Source of the DNA: Candidatus Babeliales bacterium | GTDB lineage: Bacteria; Babelota; Babeliae; Babelales; JANWKD01 | DNA: 64,000 nucleotides | Reading direction: 5' to 3' | Assembly: GCA_963722075.1 (NCBI GenBank) | Contig: CAVRJM010000001.1 | Location: 640,001 to 704,000 of the forward strand | Shown here: in pieces, positions 1 to 10,723 of the stretch | Numbering within the stretch: position 1 is the stretch's first letter | Layout: every line of letters starts with the position of its first letter | Made by a program: the position numbers and the translations under genes | Notes under the pieces: model-generated | The model's database searches: none | What the model was told of the DNA's origin: nothing | The model's input: only the letters and a program-made list of their open reading frames with translations

Positions 1-2427
1 GCCAGTACTCATGGTAAACAATACGCTTCATTAGATTTTGGGCTTATGCAGGGCGATAAAATAATTTCCCTTACCAATAAAACAATTCGCGATACCCAAA
101 CCATTATTGAAACAACACTTGGCTTAGATTTTGATGCCTTTATTAATTCTGCATTTTTACGGCAAGGCCAATCAAATGAATTTTCAAAAAAATCTCCTAA
201 AGAACGCAAAGAAATATTAGGAGCCATTTTAGGGCTCAATCATTATGAATTGGTACGGAAAAAAGCATTAGATAAAGTTAAGCAAGCAGGTATCGAATTA
301 GACTATCTAAAAAAATTTCAAGAAAAGAACACGCAAGCATTACTGCGATTGCCACATTTACAAAATGAACTTCATCAAATTCAACAATCATTACAGGCAG
401 TAATACAAGAAGAAGAACGTATTTCAGCACAAAAAAATAGCTTGGAAAAAACAAAAGCACACCTGAATGAGCAAAAGAATCAACAACAATTTATTCAATT
501 ACAACAGGCACAAAAGATTCAAGAAGAAGAACAGCTTAAACTGCAGATTCAAAGCTGCTATACCCAATGGAAAAATATCCACAAAAAAATCATCGTAATG
601 GGCGCTCAATCGCTTGATCAACAAAAAAAGGATATCTTACAGCAAATTTCTGTTTATCAGCAAAAAACGCAAAAAGCGTTAACGTTGAAAGAAAAATTAC
701 TGCAAAAAAAACAGGAACAACAACAGCTCGTTTACCGTGCCCAAATTGAATACCAACAACAATTACTCACCCATCAAACGCTTTTTAATCAATGCCAATT
801 CACCATTGATACCAAAAGAAAAGATATTCAAGGCTTACAGGCGCAGCTTTCCCATTTCACGAATGAAAAGAATCAACATCAAATCGATTTAGAAAAGTTA
901 TCATCCGTACATTCTCATAGAGAACAGCTGCAAACTACTATAGAACTAGCAGAAAAGAAATTCGAAAAGCGAAAATTATTTTATCATCAGTGGATTACCA
1001 GTGCCAATCTTATAAAATCGCAGGCAGATCAATTAGAACATAAATATACTCTTATTTATGATGAAAATAATCCCAGCTGCCCGTTATGCGAGCAAACATT
1101 ATCAGCTTCACGTAAAAGATTTTTAAAAGGACAATTTACCAAACAAGAACAGTTTTATGCATGGCGCGTTCAACGGTTAACTCACCTAATTAAAAATCTT
1201 AAACAACTATTAGTGGAGCAACATACACAATTAAATCACCATAAAAAAGAATTAGAAGAATATTCCCTTTTACAAACTAAACAGCAAGAGCTTCTTAAAA
1301 ACCTAGAAAAATTGCATACCGAAGAAAAAACAATCCAACAACGGTTAGCAATGCTCATCGATGAATTAACGCAACTTGAAATCCAAGCGCGCGAGGCAGA
1401 AAAAAAGCTCACCACTCTCATACAGCAAGAGCATTCATTCAAAAACACCCCTGGGTATCTTTTGGTACAGCAAGAAATTGAAATACTTGAACAAGAAGCA
1501 CGGGCATTGGCTATCGATGACACTACTTTTGCACTGTTGCGCCAACGCCAATTAGAATTAGAACAAGAATCTAATCAATTGGAAACGTTTCAACAAGAAG
1601 TTGAAAAACAGGAACAACGCAAAAATCGTATCCATGAATTAATTGCTTCACTACGGACTATCAAAACTGAAAAAAAGAAATTATTGCTTTCGCTTGAGCA
1701 ATTTAATTTGCTTGAACAATCTTATGCACAGGTCCAACAACAAGAAAATACCCTACGCATATCTGTTGAAACCATTAAAAAAGAGAAAGAAACTCTTTTG
1801 CAAAAAAAAGGGTACATTGAAAATGAGCAAAGCCAATTAGTTAAGCTGCAAGAGGAATGCATCCTTCAAGAGAAGAAAATCGCTGAGCTTGATACCACTA
1901 TTTTTGAATACCAAGCGATCGCAAGTGCCGTGAGTAAAGATGGTGTTCAGGCATTGATTATTGAAGATGCCTTACCTGAAATTGAACAGGAAGCAAATAG
2001 CCTTTTAAGTCAACTGACTGATAACCAAGCGCATATTATTATTGAATCATTACGGGATCTCAAAAAAGGAGGCACTAAAGAAACGCTTGATATAAAAATT
2101 TCTGATACGGCCGGTATACGGCCTTATGAACTATTTTCAGGTGGCGAAGCATTTAGAATTGATTTTGCGCTGCGTCTGGCAATTTCTAAATTACTGGCAC
2201 GCCGTGCCGGCACTTCCTTGCAGATGCTCATTATTGATGAAGGCTTTGGCTCTCAGGATGAAGACGGATTACATCATATTATGGATTGCATTTATAAAAT
2301 CCAACATAATTTTTGTAAGATTATTATTGTCTCTCATTTGCCTTCTATGAAGGAACAATTCCCCGTTCATTTTTATGTTGAAAAAACATCACAGGGAAGT
2401 TCAATTCGTGTTATTGAGCAAGGCTAA
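1..2427 (+). CDS. sbcC: SbcC/Rad50-like SMC-family ATPase (5' end outside window)
   Basis: Frame open from base 1; Q-loop FLRQGQ, long coiled coil, zinc hook CPLC, signature LFSGGE, Walker B LIIDEGFG, H-loop IVSH. Confidence 0.9.
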   Translation, partial: ASTHGKQYASLDFGLMQGDKIISLTNKTIRDTQTIIETTLGLDFDAFINSAFLRQGQSNEFSKKSPKERKEILGAILGLNHYELVRKKALDKVKQAGIELDYLKKFQEKNTQALLRLPHLQNELHQIQQSLQAVIQEEERISAQKNSLEKTKAHLNEQKNQQQFIQLQQAQKIQEEEQLKLQIQSCYTQWKNIHKKIIVMGAQSLDQQKKDILQQISVYQQKTQKALTLKEKLLQKKQEQQQLVYRAQIEYQQQLLTHQTLFNQCQFTIDTKRKDIQGLQAQLSHFTNEKNQHQIDLEKLSSVHSHREQLQTTIELAEKKFEKRKLFYHQWITSANLIKSQADQLEHKYTLIYDENNPSCPLCEQTLSASRKRFLKGQFTKQEQFYAWRVQRLTHLIKNLKQLLVEQHTQLNHHKKELEEYSLLQTKQQELLKNLEKLHTEEKTIQQRLAMLIDELTQLEIQAREAEKKLTTLIQQEHSFKNTPGYLLVQQEIEILEQEARALAIDDTTFALLRQRQLELEQESNQLETFQQEVEKQEQRKNRIHELIASLRTIKTEKKKLLLSLEQFNLLEQSYAQVQQQENTLRISVETIKKEKETLLQKKGYIENEQSQLVKLQEECILQEKKIAELDTTIFEYQAIASAVSKDGVQALIIEDALPEIEQEANSLLSQLTDNQAHIIIESLRDLKKGGTKETLDIKISDTAGIRPYELFSGGEAFRIDFALRLAISKLLARRAGTSLQMLIIDEGFGSQDEDGLHHIMDCIYKIQHNFCKIIIVSHLPSMKEQFPVHFYVEKTSQGSSIRVIEQG

Positions 2428-4079
2428 TAAGAACTTAACTGTTGAATTAGCTCTGCTAATTCAATTAACTGTATTTTAGAATATGGATCTCCTATGCCAA
2501 TTGGAGCTCCTTTCATTTTAACTTCATGAAAAAGTAATTCTCTTAGCTCAGGCTCCATATTACTAATATAATTTTTTTGAAATGACTCATCTTTATTTAT
2601 TAGATAAGAAACCATTTTGCTAAGAGTAAGATGTACTAAACTTCTTACGGCGTATTTTTGTAATAATATTGTTGGTTTTATTAATTCCTTACAAAATTGG
2701 AGCGGTTTCATCGCTATTTGATAAAAATTCCCTGCTCGATCTCTTTCTCCTGATATTGTTGGCCCCGCCTGCCCTGGATCAACAGCATGATCTAACAAAT
2801 TTTTTAAAATTTTGCAGTACTGATTATATTCTTGGCAATTAAAATCTTTATTTCTTTTTTTTAACTCTATAAGTACATACCACAAAGCAGATAAGGGATT
2901 TCTGGAGGTAATCATCATATTAAGATTTTTTATCTCAGGCGCCATAGAAGCACGTCTACCATGTTTTACTAATAAATGAAGGTGCTCTTGATCCTTTTTA
3001 TTGAGCGGATAATATAAGGTTGAGTAACCAACAGAATAAATACCTTTGTCTAATAATAAATTAATCATATTTTCATCCGCCTGCTCCATAGCATAATATA
3101 AAGCTGAATAACGAGAAGAATCAAGCTCATCAATGTTATAGCCTCTTTCAAGTTGATGTTGTATCATTTCCATACTATGAAGCTTGTCTTTTTCTGAACA
3201 TTTAGAGAATTTCATAACAAGAAAATGAAGAGCTGGCATAAGCCTAAAAGACCACTCTGAATTATCTTTTTTATCTACATACGGAATTCTAATATTTGGA
3301 TTGTTATGTGCTGCGGCTAATAATATCTTAAGCGTTTCGTCATCAATTGCCGGCAAATTTTTTAATACCACATTAGTAGACCATTTTTCTAAACTCAAAT
3401 CAGTGCCAAAACCAACTAATAATTGAACTAATTTAATATTATTGTTATCGCATGCATATTCTAATGCCACTTTTTGGCTACGCGAACTCTTTGCATTTAC
3501 ATCGGCTCCGCCTTTTAATAAGGTGATAGCAATTTCGGTCATATTTTCAAATGCAGCGCGTATAAGTGGCGTATGTCCTTGTAAATTACGAGTTTCTAAA
3601 TTTGCAAACGCATCAATTAAATGCTGCAAACACGCGAGCGAATTTTTGTTTTTTTGTTCAACCGTTAATACCGTTTCAACGGCGGTTAATTGCCCAAACT
3701 CCGGATGAGGAAAAACTGCATTGGGATTTACGCCATACGATAACAATTTTTCTACAAGAGTTGAGTACTGCATTAAAATTGCATCTTTTAGAAAGTTAGT
3801 TTCTTCAATCACCTCTATCATATAGCTTTTTATTGCCGGTCTTATTTTAATAAAACGATCAAAAACAAATCCCTTTTCATTTGCCACGCCTAATTGATTT
3901 GTGCGAATCAAATTTATTATGGTACGAAAACCTTTTTTCACCTCATTTGGTGCTTTAGCCTGGTAGATTTGGGATAACGCTGTTTTAACCATTGCTTCAA
4001 AGCTTGATTGTTCTTGTTGCATACCATATAACGAGGTTATAAACCCTAAAGATAGTAATAGTAATCCTTTTTTTATCAT
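2424..4079 (-). CDS. Secreted ankyrin-repeat protein with C-terminal SOCS-box-like motif
   Basis: Likely start ATG 4079 after GGGGA; signal-like N-terminus; ankyrin motifs (GHTPLIRAA...LLKGGADVNAK, SALYYAM); VRSLVHL...NMEPELRELL near C-terminus. Confidence 0.8.
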   Translation of the reverse strand: MIKKGLLLLSLGFITSLYGMQQEQSSFEAMVKTALSQIYQAKAPNEVKKGFRTIINLIRTNQLGVANEKGFVFDRFIKIRPAIKSYMIEVIEETNFLKDAILMQYSTLVEKLLSYGVNPNAVFPHPEFGQLTAVETVLTVEQKNKNSLACLQHLIDAFANLETRNLQGHTPLIRAAFENMTEIAITLLKGGADVNAKSSRSQKVALEYACDNNNIKLVQLLVGFGTDLSLEKWSTNVVLKNLPAIDDETLKILLAAAHNNPNIRIPYVDKKDNSEWSFRLMPALHFLVMKFSKCSEKDKLHSMEMIQHQLERGYNIDELDSSRYSALYYAMEQADENMINLLLDKGIYSVGYSTLYYPLNKKDQEHLHLLVKHGRRASMAPEIKNLNMMITSRNPLSALWYVLIELKKRNKDFNCQEYNQYCKILKNLLDHAVDPGQAGPTISGERDRAGNFYQIAMKPLQFCKELIKPTILLQKYAVRSLVHLTLSKMVSYLINKDESFQKNYISNMEPELRELLFHEVKMKGAPIGIGDPYSKIQLIELAELIQQLSSY

Positions 4080-4114
4080 ATTTTCCCCTATAAGAAAGTT
4101 AAATTTATAGTATA

Positions 4115-4142
4115 ATTTTACCATTTATATACTATTTGTCAA
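4115..4142 (-). promoter_or_regulatory. Putative sigma70 promoter of the ankyrin gene
   Basis: TTGACA-N16-TAAAAT with TGG just before the -10, minus strand. Confidence 0.5.
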
Positions 4143-4183
4143 TAAACAACAGAAGGAATATTTCCCCTCATAAACCCATAAAT

Positions 4184-4212
4184 TTGACAAAAAAATTGGT
4201 AATTTTTAACCT
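4184..4212 (+). promoter_or_regulatory. Putative sigma70 promoter of the nitroreductase gene
   Basis: TTGACA-N17-TAACCT. Confidence 0.5.
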
Positions 4213-4245
4213 TGCCTCATAGTTTTACTAGCTAAAAAGGAATAT

Positions 4246-4926
4246 ATGGCTAAAAATGCAGCTCTTTTTATGGCAAATCTTATTTTTTTAAGTATCACCT
4301 TTAGTAGTTGTGATCAAATGACTTATTCTGACAAAAAAGGCGAAATCATGCGTAATTCATCATGCCCGATCAATCCGCTTATATTGAATCGGTGGTCAGC
4401 ACGCGCTATGTCAGGTCAAACCGTTAGTGAAAATGAGCTTAAATCTCTTTTTGAAGCAGCGCGCTGGGCCCCTTCATCATATAATAATCAACCGTGGCGT
4501 TTTTTATACGTTACTAAAGAAGATTCTAATTGGCAGAAGATGTTCAATCTATTAGTTCCTTTCAATCAATCATGGACACAAAATGCTGCCGTTTTGATTC
4601 TGGTTCTTTCGGCCCGCAATTATGAACATAATAAAGAATTTTCTAAAACACATTCCTTTGATGCTGGTGCCGCTACACAAAATTTAGCATTGCAAGGCTC
4701 ATCTATAGGATTAGTAGTTCATGTCATGGAAGGTTTTGATTATGATAAAGCGCGATCCGAATTCAATATCCCGCAAGAATATGATATTGAGGCAATGATA
4801 GTGGTTGGAAAACCAGGAAGCAAAGAAGTACTACCGTCAGAACTTCAAGAAAAAGAAACACCATCGGATAGAAGAGCAATTGATGACTTTGTATTTCATA
4901 ATGAATTAGTAAACCAAAGTAGGTAA
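4246..4926 (+). CDS. Nitroreductase family protein
   Basis: ILNRWSARAM, EAARWAPSSYNNQPWRF, FDAGAA...HVMEGFD motifs; alternative start at 4348. Confidence 0.9.
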   Translation: MAKNAALFMANLIFLSITFSSCDQMTYSDKKGEIMRNSSCPINPLILNRWSARAMSGQTVSENELKSLFEAARWAPSSYNNQPWRFLYVTKEDSNWQKMFNLLVPFNQSWTQNAAVLILVLSARNYEHNKEFSKTHSFDAGAATQNLALQGSSIGLVVHVMEGFDYDKARSEFNIPQEYDIEAMIVVGKPGSKEVLPSELQEKETPSDRRAIDDFVFHNELVNQSR

Positions 4927-7900
4927 TGGTTTCTTAGTCTTATAGATTTCATCAAGCATATTTACCTCTTGTTGACACGCTTTCATTTTGCGGGCAAATT
5001 GTGAATCGTCATATAATTTTTGTTGATCTGCATTAAAATTTGCATATTCCATGCCGCCATCATTATATATGACCCTTTTATGCACATACAATTTTTGCAA
5101 TTCTTTGCCAATTCTACCGGCAAAATCATCAGGAAGAATATCACGGTCTTGCGTTAAGAAATCTTTTAGTTCTACAGAAACTTCATTATAGTGCCTAATA
5201 TAGCCTTTAGTATTAATTGATAAGTTCAAAGAATCAATGTACTTCTTAATCCGAGGAATATACACGGAGCACATAACCGCTTTAACCGTATTGAGTAATT
5301 GATTATATTGATTCTCTGAAACGCGTAATCTTCGTAACGTATTGGCAATAGATCTGCAAGAATTTGCATCTTGGCAAGCACAAATTTCTTGCTCTTTGGT
5401 ACGTACTAGATGAAGCCCACGTAACTCTGTTAGCTCATTCTTTGTAAATAAATCTGTGCCGCTATATTGATCATATAACTCATTAAAATCATCTTTATTT
5501 TTTGTATGTGCAAATTCTTGTAATCTAACTGCGAGTTGCTCCTTAGCATACTGTTTAAGAATATCAGCTCTTTTTTTACTACACGGCCAAAAATCTGGAG
5601 AGACTAATTTTTTAAGCCTATTTAAATCATAGTCACCAATAGCTTCTTCAATTGCTCGTTGTGCATTAAAAGTCAAATTCTCTATTGCTTGCTGTGGGCA
5701 ACTCAATTGAGTTGGATCACAACCCAATTCTATTAATGCATCTCTGATTTTTAACCTCTTAATCTGTTTCAATCTTTTAAAATTTCGTTTATTATCTTCG
5801 ATCAAATAGGTAAAAAAACGAACTGGAAACGCTGATTGTTTCATACAAAGATATTTAAATGCGTAATTTGATTGAATAAAATCTAATTTATTCTCTAATG
5901 CTGCTTCTAATTGATTTTTACAGAAACTTTGTATTCGAATTTCAAAATGTCCAAGAATATCTTTTCTCAATTTATCATCATATGGCTCTAGCCATTCAGC
6001 ATCGATGTTCATAAAATCCAGGAGATCATTATTTTCTAGTGCAGGTTCAAGGATAGTTTTTATTAAATCTTCCATTATTTTTATTCTTACACTAGAACTA
6101 TATTGAATATTATTATATAAATTAATTGCTCTACTTTTTAAGGTAAATTGTTCACTTTCTTCAAAGGATTCAAGGACCTCGTGTAAATCATTTAAATGAC
6201 GTGTAAAACCATTTCTGCCCGCCTTCTCAATCGCTAATTTATACAATAACTGCTCTAACTTATTAATACTTGGTGAATATGACAAATAAAATTGAGTATC
6301 ATTAAAAAAAGGATGCAAAATTAAACCCATTATTTTACTCGACCGACTAAAAAAACCACAACGTTTGTATTCTTTATTTATTTCATATCTATTAAGTATC
6401 TTAAATGATAAATCCATAGCCGCCAATTCGCCCGATTTAGGTGATGTTATGATATGATGATCTGCTGTTATTGTTATAATTTGCCCTTCCATTTGACCAA
6501 CTCTCTTTCGATCAGTATCAAAATCATACAGAATAATATTACCGCCATAGGTAGTAATAAAATCATTATTATCACTTTTTATAACTACTGTATTAGTATT
6601 GGGTAAGCAATAAGTCTTAGCTGCTACATTTATTCCTTGCTTTGAAAATGAAAATGATTTAATTAATTTAATTGGGTTGCTTGTTAAATCAAATAAAAAA
6701 ATATTAAAGCGATTCTTCGCCATTAACTGTTTGCCATCACTACTAAATGTAATTAAAGTAACCTCACCCTCTATAGGCAATTCTATTTCTTTAGTTACAA
6801 CTGCAAAATGGTCCTCGGTATCTGAAATTAATTCTGCAATAAGGATTTTGCCTGATTTTTGAGGAATTATTAAAATATTATCTGAATACGATTGAACAAT
6901 TGCGGTAGCTCCATTAACAGAAAATTTACCTAAGCACTTGTCAAACTTTCTTGAAAATAAAAGACATTCTTTCTCACTTGCAACTGCTATAATTTTTTTT
7001 CTTACTGGCATTACAAATTTATTGTTACATAAGTTTGATTTTTTATTAAAAAATCTATCTATCGAATAAAACCGAGTACAATGCGGTTTTTGTAAATTAA
7101 TAACTGTCAAAGCAACGTGAAAAATTCCACTATTTTGCAAAGTAAAAAGTTCCTCTCATTAAAGCGCCTCCACGGCCGGCGCAGCCGGCTTCACCCTACT
7201 CTCGCGAGGGGGTAAACCGCTTACCCAACGTTGACTGCTCTGTGAAGGCTTTCTTGGTTTGTAATCTACTATTTTTTTCTCCTGAACTTGTGGGGTTACT
7301 CGTTGATAAATTTCACTAAAAGCAAGCGCTGTTTTTCTAATCCACAGTTTAATTTCTCCATCTAAATGCACCTTAACAACAATAATATCCTTTGGGCGTA
7401 GAATTGTTTTCTGATGCGGAGTCAATTGAAAAATGCGATTGTGGTAAGTAATAGTAAAATCGTTCATAAGAATGCGAGTCTCTTGCATGCTGAATACATC
7501 GGCTAAGTCATAAGATTGAGCATCAGCATGTGCATTGCCTTGTTGAGTTGGAGGGACTTGGAATGCAGCATTATGCTTGGTGATAAAGTTACTCGCTCTT
7601 AGATAATTATTTGCAGCAGTTATTGATGATATGCCAGCAAGCCTCATCTCTTTAATAAGGCGATCTTGCATGGTTTGATTGCATCGTTCAACACGTCCTT
7701 TTGCCTGAGGGCTATGGGCATGTTCAATCTCAATGTCTATAGATTCGCAAGCACGCTCCCATTGAGTCTTTTTAATATCATCTTTATTATTCAAATTAAC
7801 ATGAAAAACAGATCCATGGTCTACGTAAAAAGTTTGAGGGATTCCATATTTCTCAATGTAATTTTTAGTTGCCGCCATTAAAGCAAATACTGATTCAGAT

Positions 7901-8149
7901 GGAGCAAATTCAAGCCAAAGAATACGGCTGGTAGCATCGTCAATGAAAACAAGTAGCGTACATTCTGGAGCACGACCTTCAAACCAGTCATGTGGTGACC
8001 CATCAAGCTGAATCATCATGCCAAACATTAGTTTTCTTTCTCGTCGTTTACGATGTTTACCACTTCGTTTTCTGGAATGCCATAAACCCTCTTCGATCAT
8101 AGCCTTTCTAACAACTTCTCGGCTTACCTGTATCCCATGTAACTCATTA

Positions 8150-9287
8150 CAGGACTTACGCATAAATAGCACCAATATAACGATCTAATCGAGTGAACAT
8201 ACGATTTAGAGAAGAAGGATTTTTATTCTTAAAGGCTGTGATAGCGGCTTCTGGATTCTTATAAGAATTTCTTTTCATTTCAAATTGAGCGATTGAATAA
8301 GCTAAGAAGACAGCGCAGATATGATCAAATTGCGTAACTATTTTTCTGGAAAAGCATTCTTGAAGGCCTAAGCTTTGCTTAGAAGTCCTGATTAATTTTT
8401 CTATTCCCCAACGATTTTTATAATTAGTAGCATGTTGCTTTGGAGTGGCTTTATACGTTGCAGCCTGGTAAACAATAGTTTCATTACCATGCTTATCAAT
8501 GCGCCTTACGGCAGTAATGTAAAGGGAAAGACCATGCCAAACAATGGTTACAGTGCGAGCCATCTGCCGGCCCTTTGGGCGTATTTCTTTAATTTCACGC
8601 AACTTTCTTTTTTTCCCTTTATATTCAACTACACGGTTACTATGCATACGCACTTCGGTTGCAATATTATTTTCTATAGCCCATTTTAAATATTCCACCG
8701 AAGCAAATGCACCATCCAAAACTGCAATAATTCTTGCATTGGGAAAAAGTTTTTGAGCTTCGATGATAAATAGTTGTACCGTGATTATTAATGCTTGCTT
8801 GGGATTCTGATAAAACTCTTTTCCAAATGTAAAAACAGTATTGATTGGCACAGTAAATTTACCATCGGAAATGGCACTAATAAGCAATTTATATGCGTTA
8901 ATGGATCTACCAATTTTTGTGTCAAAAAACCAACACGTACCATCCATCATTTGGGAGTAAATTTTCTTAATAGTTGTTTCATCTATGATTACTAATAGCT
9001 CTTTTTTATGAGCAAAAATTTGTTGGGCAATTCTTTTTGATTGTTCAAGGCTTTCACGTCCTGATCGCAACATGCGATTAACAGTGTCACCACTTTTTTT
9101 GATGAGCTTACCCATATTTTCAAAACTTCTTTTCCCAATATTGGTAAGGATTGTAAGTAATGGATAAGTTGCTATATTATTAACAATGATCATTTAGGTT
9201 CTCCTTCGATTTAGTTGTTTTAGGAGAGCCTATTATTTTTTTAAAATACGTCTAGATCATATCTTTAAGTTATTTGCGCAAGTCCTG
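8150..9287 (-). mobile_element. IS701-family insertion sequence nested in the IS1202-type transposase
   Basis: Terminal inverted repeats CAGGACTTACGCA (8150-8162) and TGCGCAAGTCCTG (9275-9287); flanking duplication TCATTA (or CATT if each end is 1 bp longer). Confidence 0.85.
8156..9193 (-). CDS. IS701-like DDE transposase
   Basis: VIIDET, VLDGAFAS, YKNRWGIEKLIRTSKQSLGLQEC motifs; stop codon lies in the left TIR. Confidence 0.85.
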   Translation of the reverse strand: MIIVNNIATYPLLTILTNIGKRSFENMGKLIKKSGDTVNRMLRSGRESLEQSKRIAQQIFAHKKELLVIIDETTIKKIYSQMMDGTCWFFDTKIGRSINAYKLLISAISDGKFTVPINTVFTFGKEFYQNPKQALIITVQLFIIEAQKLFPNARIIAVLDGAFASVEYLKWAIENNIATEVRMHSNRVVEYKGKKRKLREIKEIRPKGRQMARTVTIVWHGLSLYITAVRRIDKHGNETIVYQAATYKATPKQHATNYKNRWGIEKLIRTSKQSLGLQECFSRKIVTQFDHICAVFLAYSIAQFEMKRNSYKNPEAAITAFKNKNPSSLNRMFTRLDRYIGAIYA

Positions 9288-10289
9288 TCATTAAGCTTTT
9301 CAGCTGCAAAGGTTGGTCCAAAGCCTTGCCAATCGCCTTCCAACAAGGTTATTAACAGTTGCCTCTCCTCTTGATCCCACCTATTCGGGCTTGCCTTTCC
9401 TCTATTGCCATGTACTAAGCCAAAGTCATCTAACTGGCAGTATCTTGTATATTTTTCCCTTACCCAGCGCCTGGTAAACCTCAGGCGTTCCGCTGCCTCT
9501 GCCTTTGTCAGCTTTCCTTCTTTAACCTGAGCAAACACTTTTGCCTGTTCTCGTTCTTTCTTATTCATGGTAATATATTCCATATAAGTTCCGGTGTATT
9601 TTTAGGGTTTATTCTTTTTTTCTTCAAGATTAAGTTTACCCTAAAAACCGGAACTTTTTACTTTGCGCTATAAGAGGAATTTATCACTTTGCACTAACAT
9701 TTTGTAAATTAATAACACCAATATTTTGACCTGAGTTGTCAATGAAAAAAAAATGTTTATCATCTTTCATAAAATCCGTAATATGAACTCCCGGTAGCTT
9801 AGATATTAATTGCCATGTAGGTTGGGTATTACGATAAAAATAATTCCACAATATCGGTGCATTCTGACATGAATCTGCTTGTTCCAAAATTGATTTAAAA
9901 TAGTCTATATCTTTTTTTGGATCTTTTGTGTCAACCGATTCTTTGATGTGCTGTCCAATTGCAAGCAAACATAATTGATCGAGCCTCAAAGGCGAAAATG
10001 GAATAACCCCTTGAGAATTACCGTTGCAACTTTGATCTGAAATCTCTATTTCCTTCTCTTTTGAACCGGACGGATTCATTGCAAAATTATTAGTTAAAGA
10101 CATGAAAAGTAACAACAAAAGAACAGATCTGCTATTTTTAATAGATTTAATATTCATGCATATGCACCCAAAGAAAAATTTTCATATTGGAAATGTTTAA
10201 CTGATATTAAATTAGAACAATAGTGATTTTAATATTAGTTTTATTTATAGTAGCAAAGAATAAATAAATTGAATAGAAATAAGATACCG

Positions 10290-10679
10290 TTAATTAGGTA
10301 AGTATTCAGCAATTAGGTGAGCACAGAGCTTTTTGCCCCATTTCTTTGCCCATGAGCTTTTTAATGCATAAAAATTATCAAGAATTGTTACCGCTGGGGC
10401 GCCAATACATTGCGCAATTTTATAATTCTTCTCGCGTCGCTGTTCTTTCTTTTTCTTTTTTTCACGCGCTTGGGTAACTAATTGAGTAAAATCAGCATAA
10501 TGAGACATTAATGCAGTTATTAGTTTATATAAACATACAGAACCAACCGTGGCCCCGGTAATTAATAACCCATTTTTAACAGTGCAATAACTTTTTACCG
10601 AATTATATTCATGAAAAGAAAACGATGTGTTTATAAGTGTCGTAATAATGACAAGAAAAAATACAATTCTTTTTATCAT
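10290..10679 (-). CDS. Hypothetical exported/membrane protein
   Basis: RBS GGAGGA, signal-like N-terminus, one hydrophobic segment, basic tract REKKKKKEQRREK. Confidence 0.6.
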   Translation of the reverse strand: MIKRIVFFLVIITTLINTSFSFHEYNSVKSYCTVKNGLLITGATVGSVCLYKLITALMSHYADFTQLVTQAREKKKKKEQRREKNYKIAQCIGAPAVTILDNFYALKSSWAKKWGKKLCAHLIAEYLPN

Positions 10680-10696
10680 ATATCCTCCATAAAATG

Positions 10697-10723
10697 AAAA
10701 AAGGGCTTTAATAGCCCTTTTTT
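10697..10723 (-). terminator. Rho-independent terminator after rplQ
   Basis: AAAAAAGGGCT-ttaat-AGCCCTTTTTT hairpin with A/T tracts on both sides. Confidence 0.75.

Larger units (their letters stand above)
7159..9583 (-). pseudogene. IS1202/ISNCY DDE transposase (~426 aa) split by the inner IS
   Basis: N-part HGNRGK..PN, FGPTFAAEKL; C-part QLDGSPHDWFEGR, FIDDATSR, PQAKGRVER; rejoins as AEKLN|ELHGI. Confidence 0.9.
7105..9699 (-). mobile_element. IS1202/ISNCY-family insertion sequence
   Basis: TGT...ACA ends with ~50-bp imperfect inverted repeats sharing GCAAAGTAAAAAGTTCC; 17-bp direct repeat TTTTGTAAATTAATAAC at 7088-7104 and 9700-9716. Confidence 0.9.
4906..10157 (-). pseudogene. Secreted BC-box-like/beta-propeller-like protein (~879 aa) interrupted by nested IS elements
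   Basis: N-part (9700-10157) and C-part (4906-7104) both contain VINLQ from the duplicated target and rejoin in frame (GVINLQKPHCTRF) once the IS is removed. Confidence 0.8.

Noticed and set aside
400..1900. Q/E/K-rich low-complexity stretch
   Set aside because: Ordinary SbcC coiled-coil arms
8156..8175. Apparent overlap or programmed frameshift between two transposase ORFs
   Set aside because: Artefact of nested insertion; the 7159-8175 ORF start lies within the inner IS end
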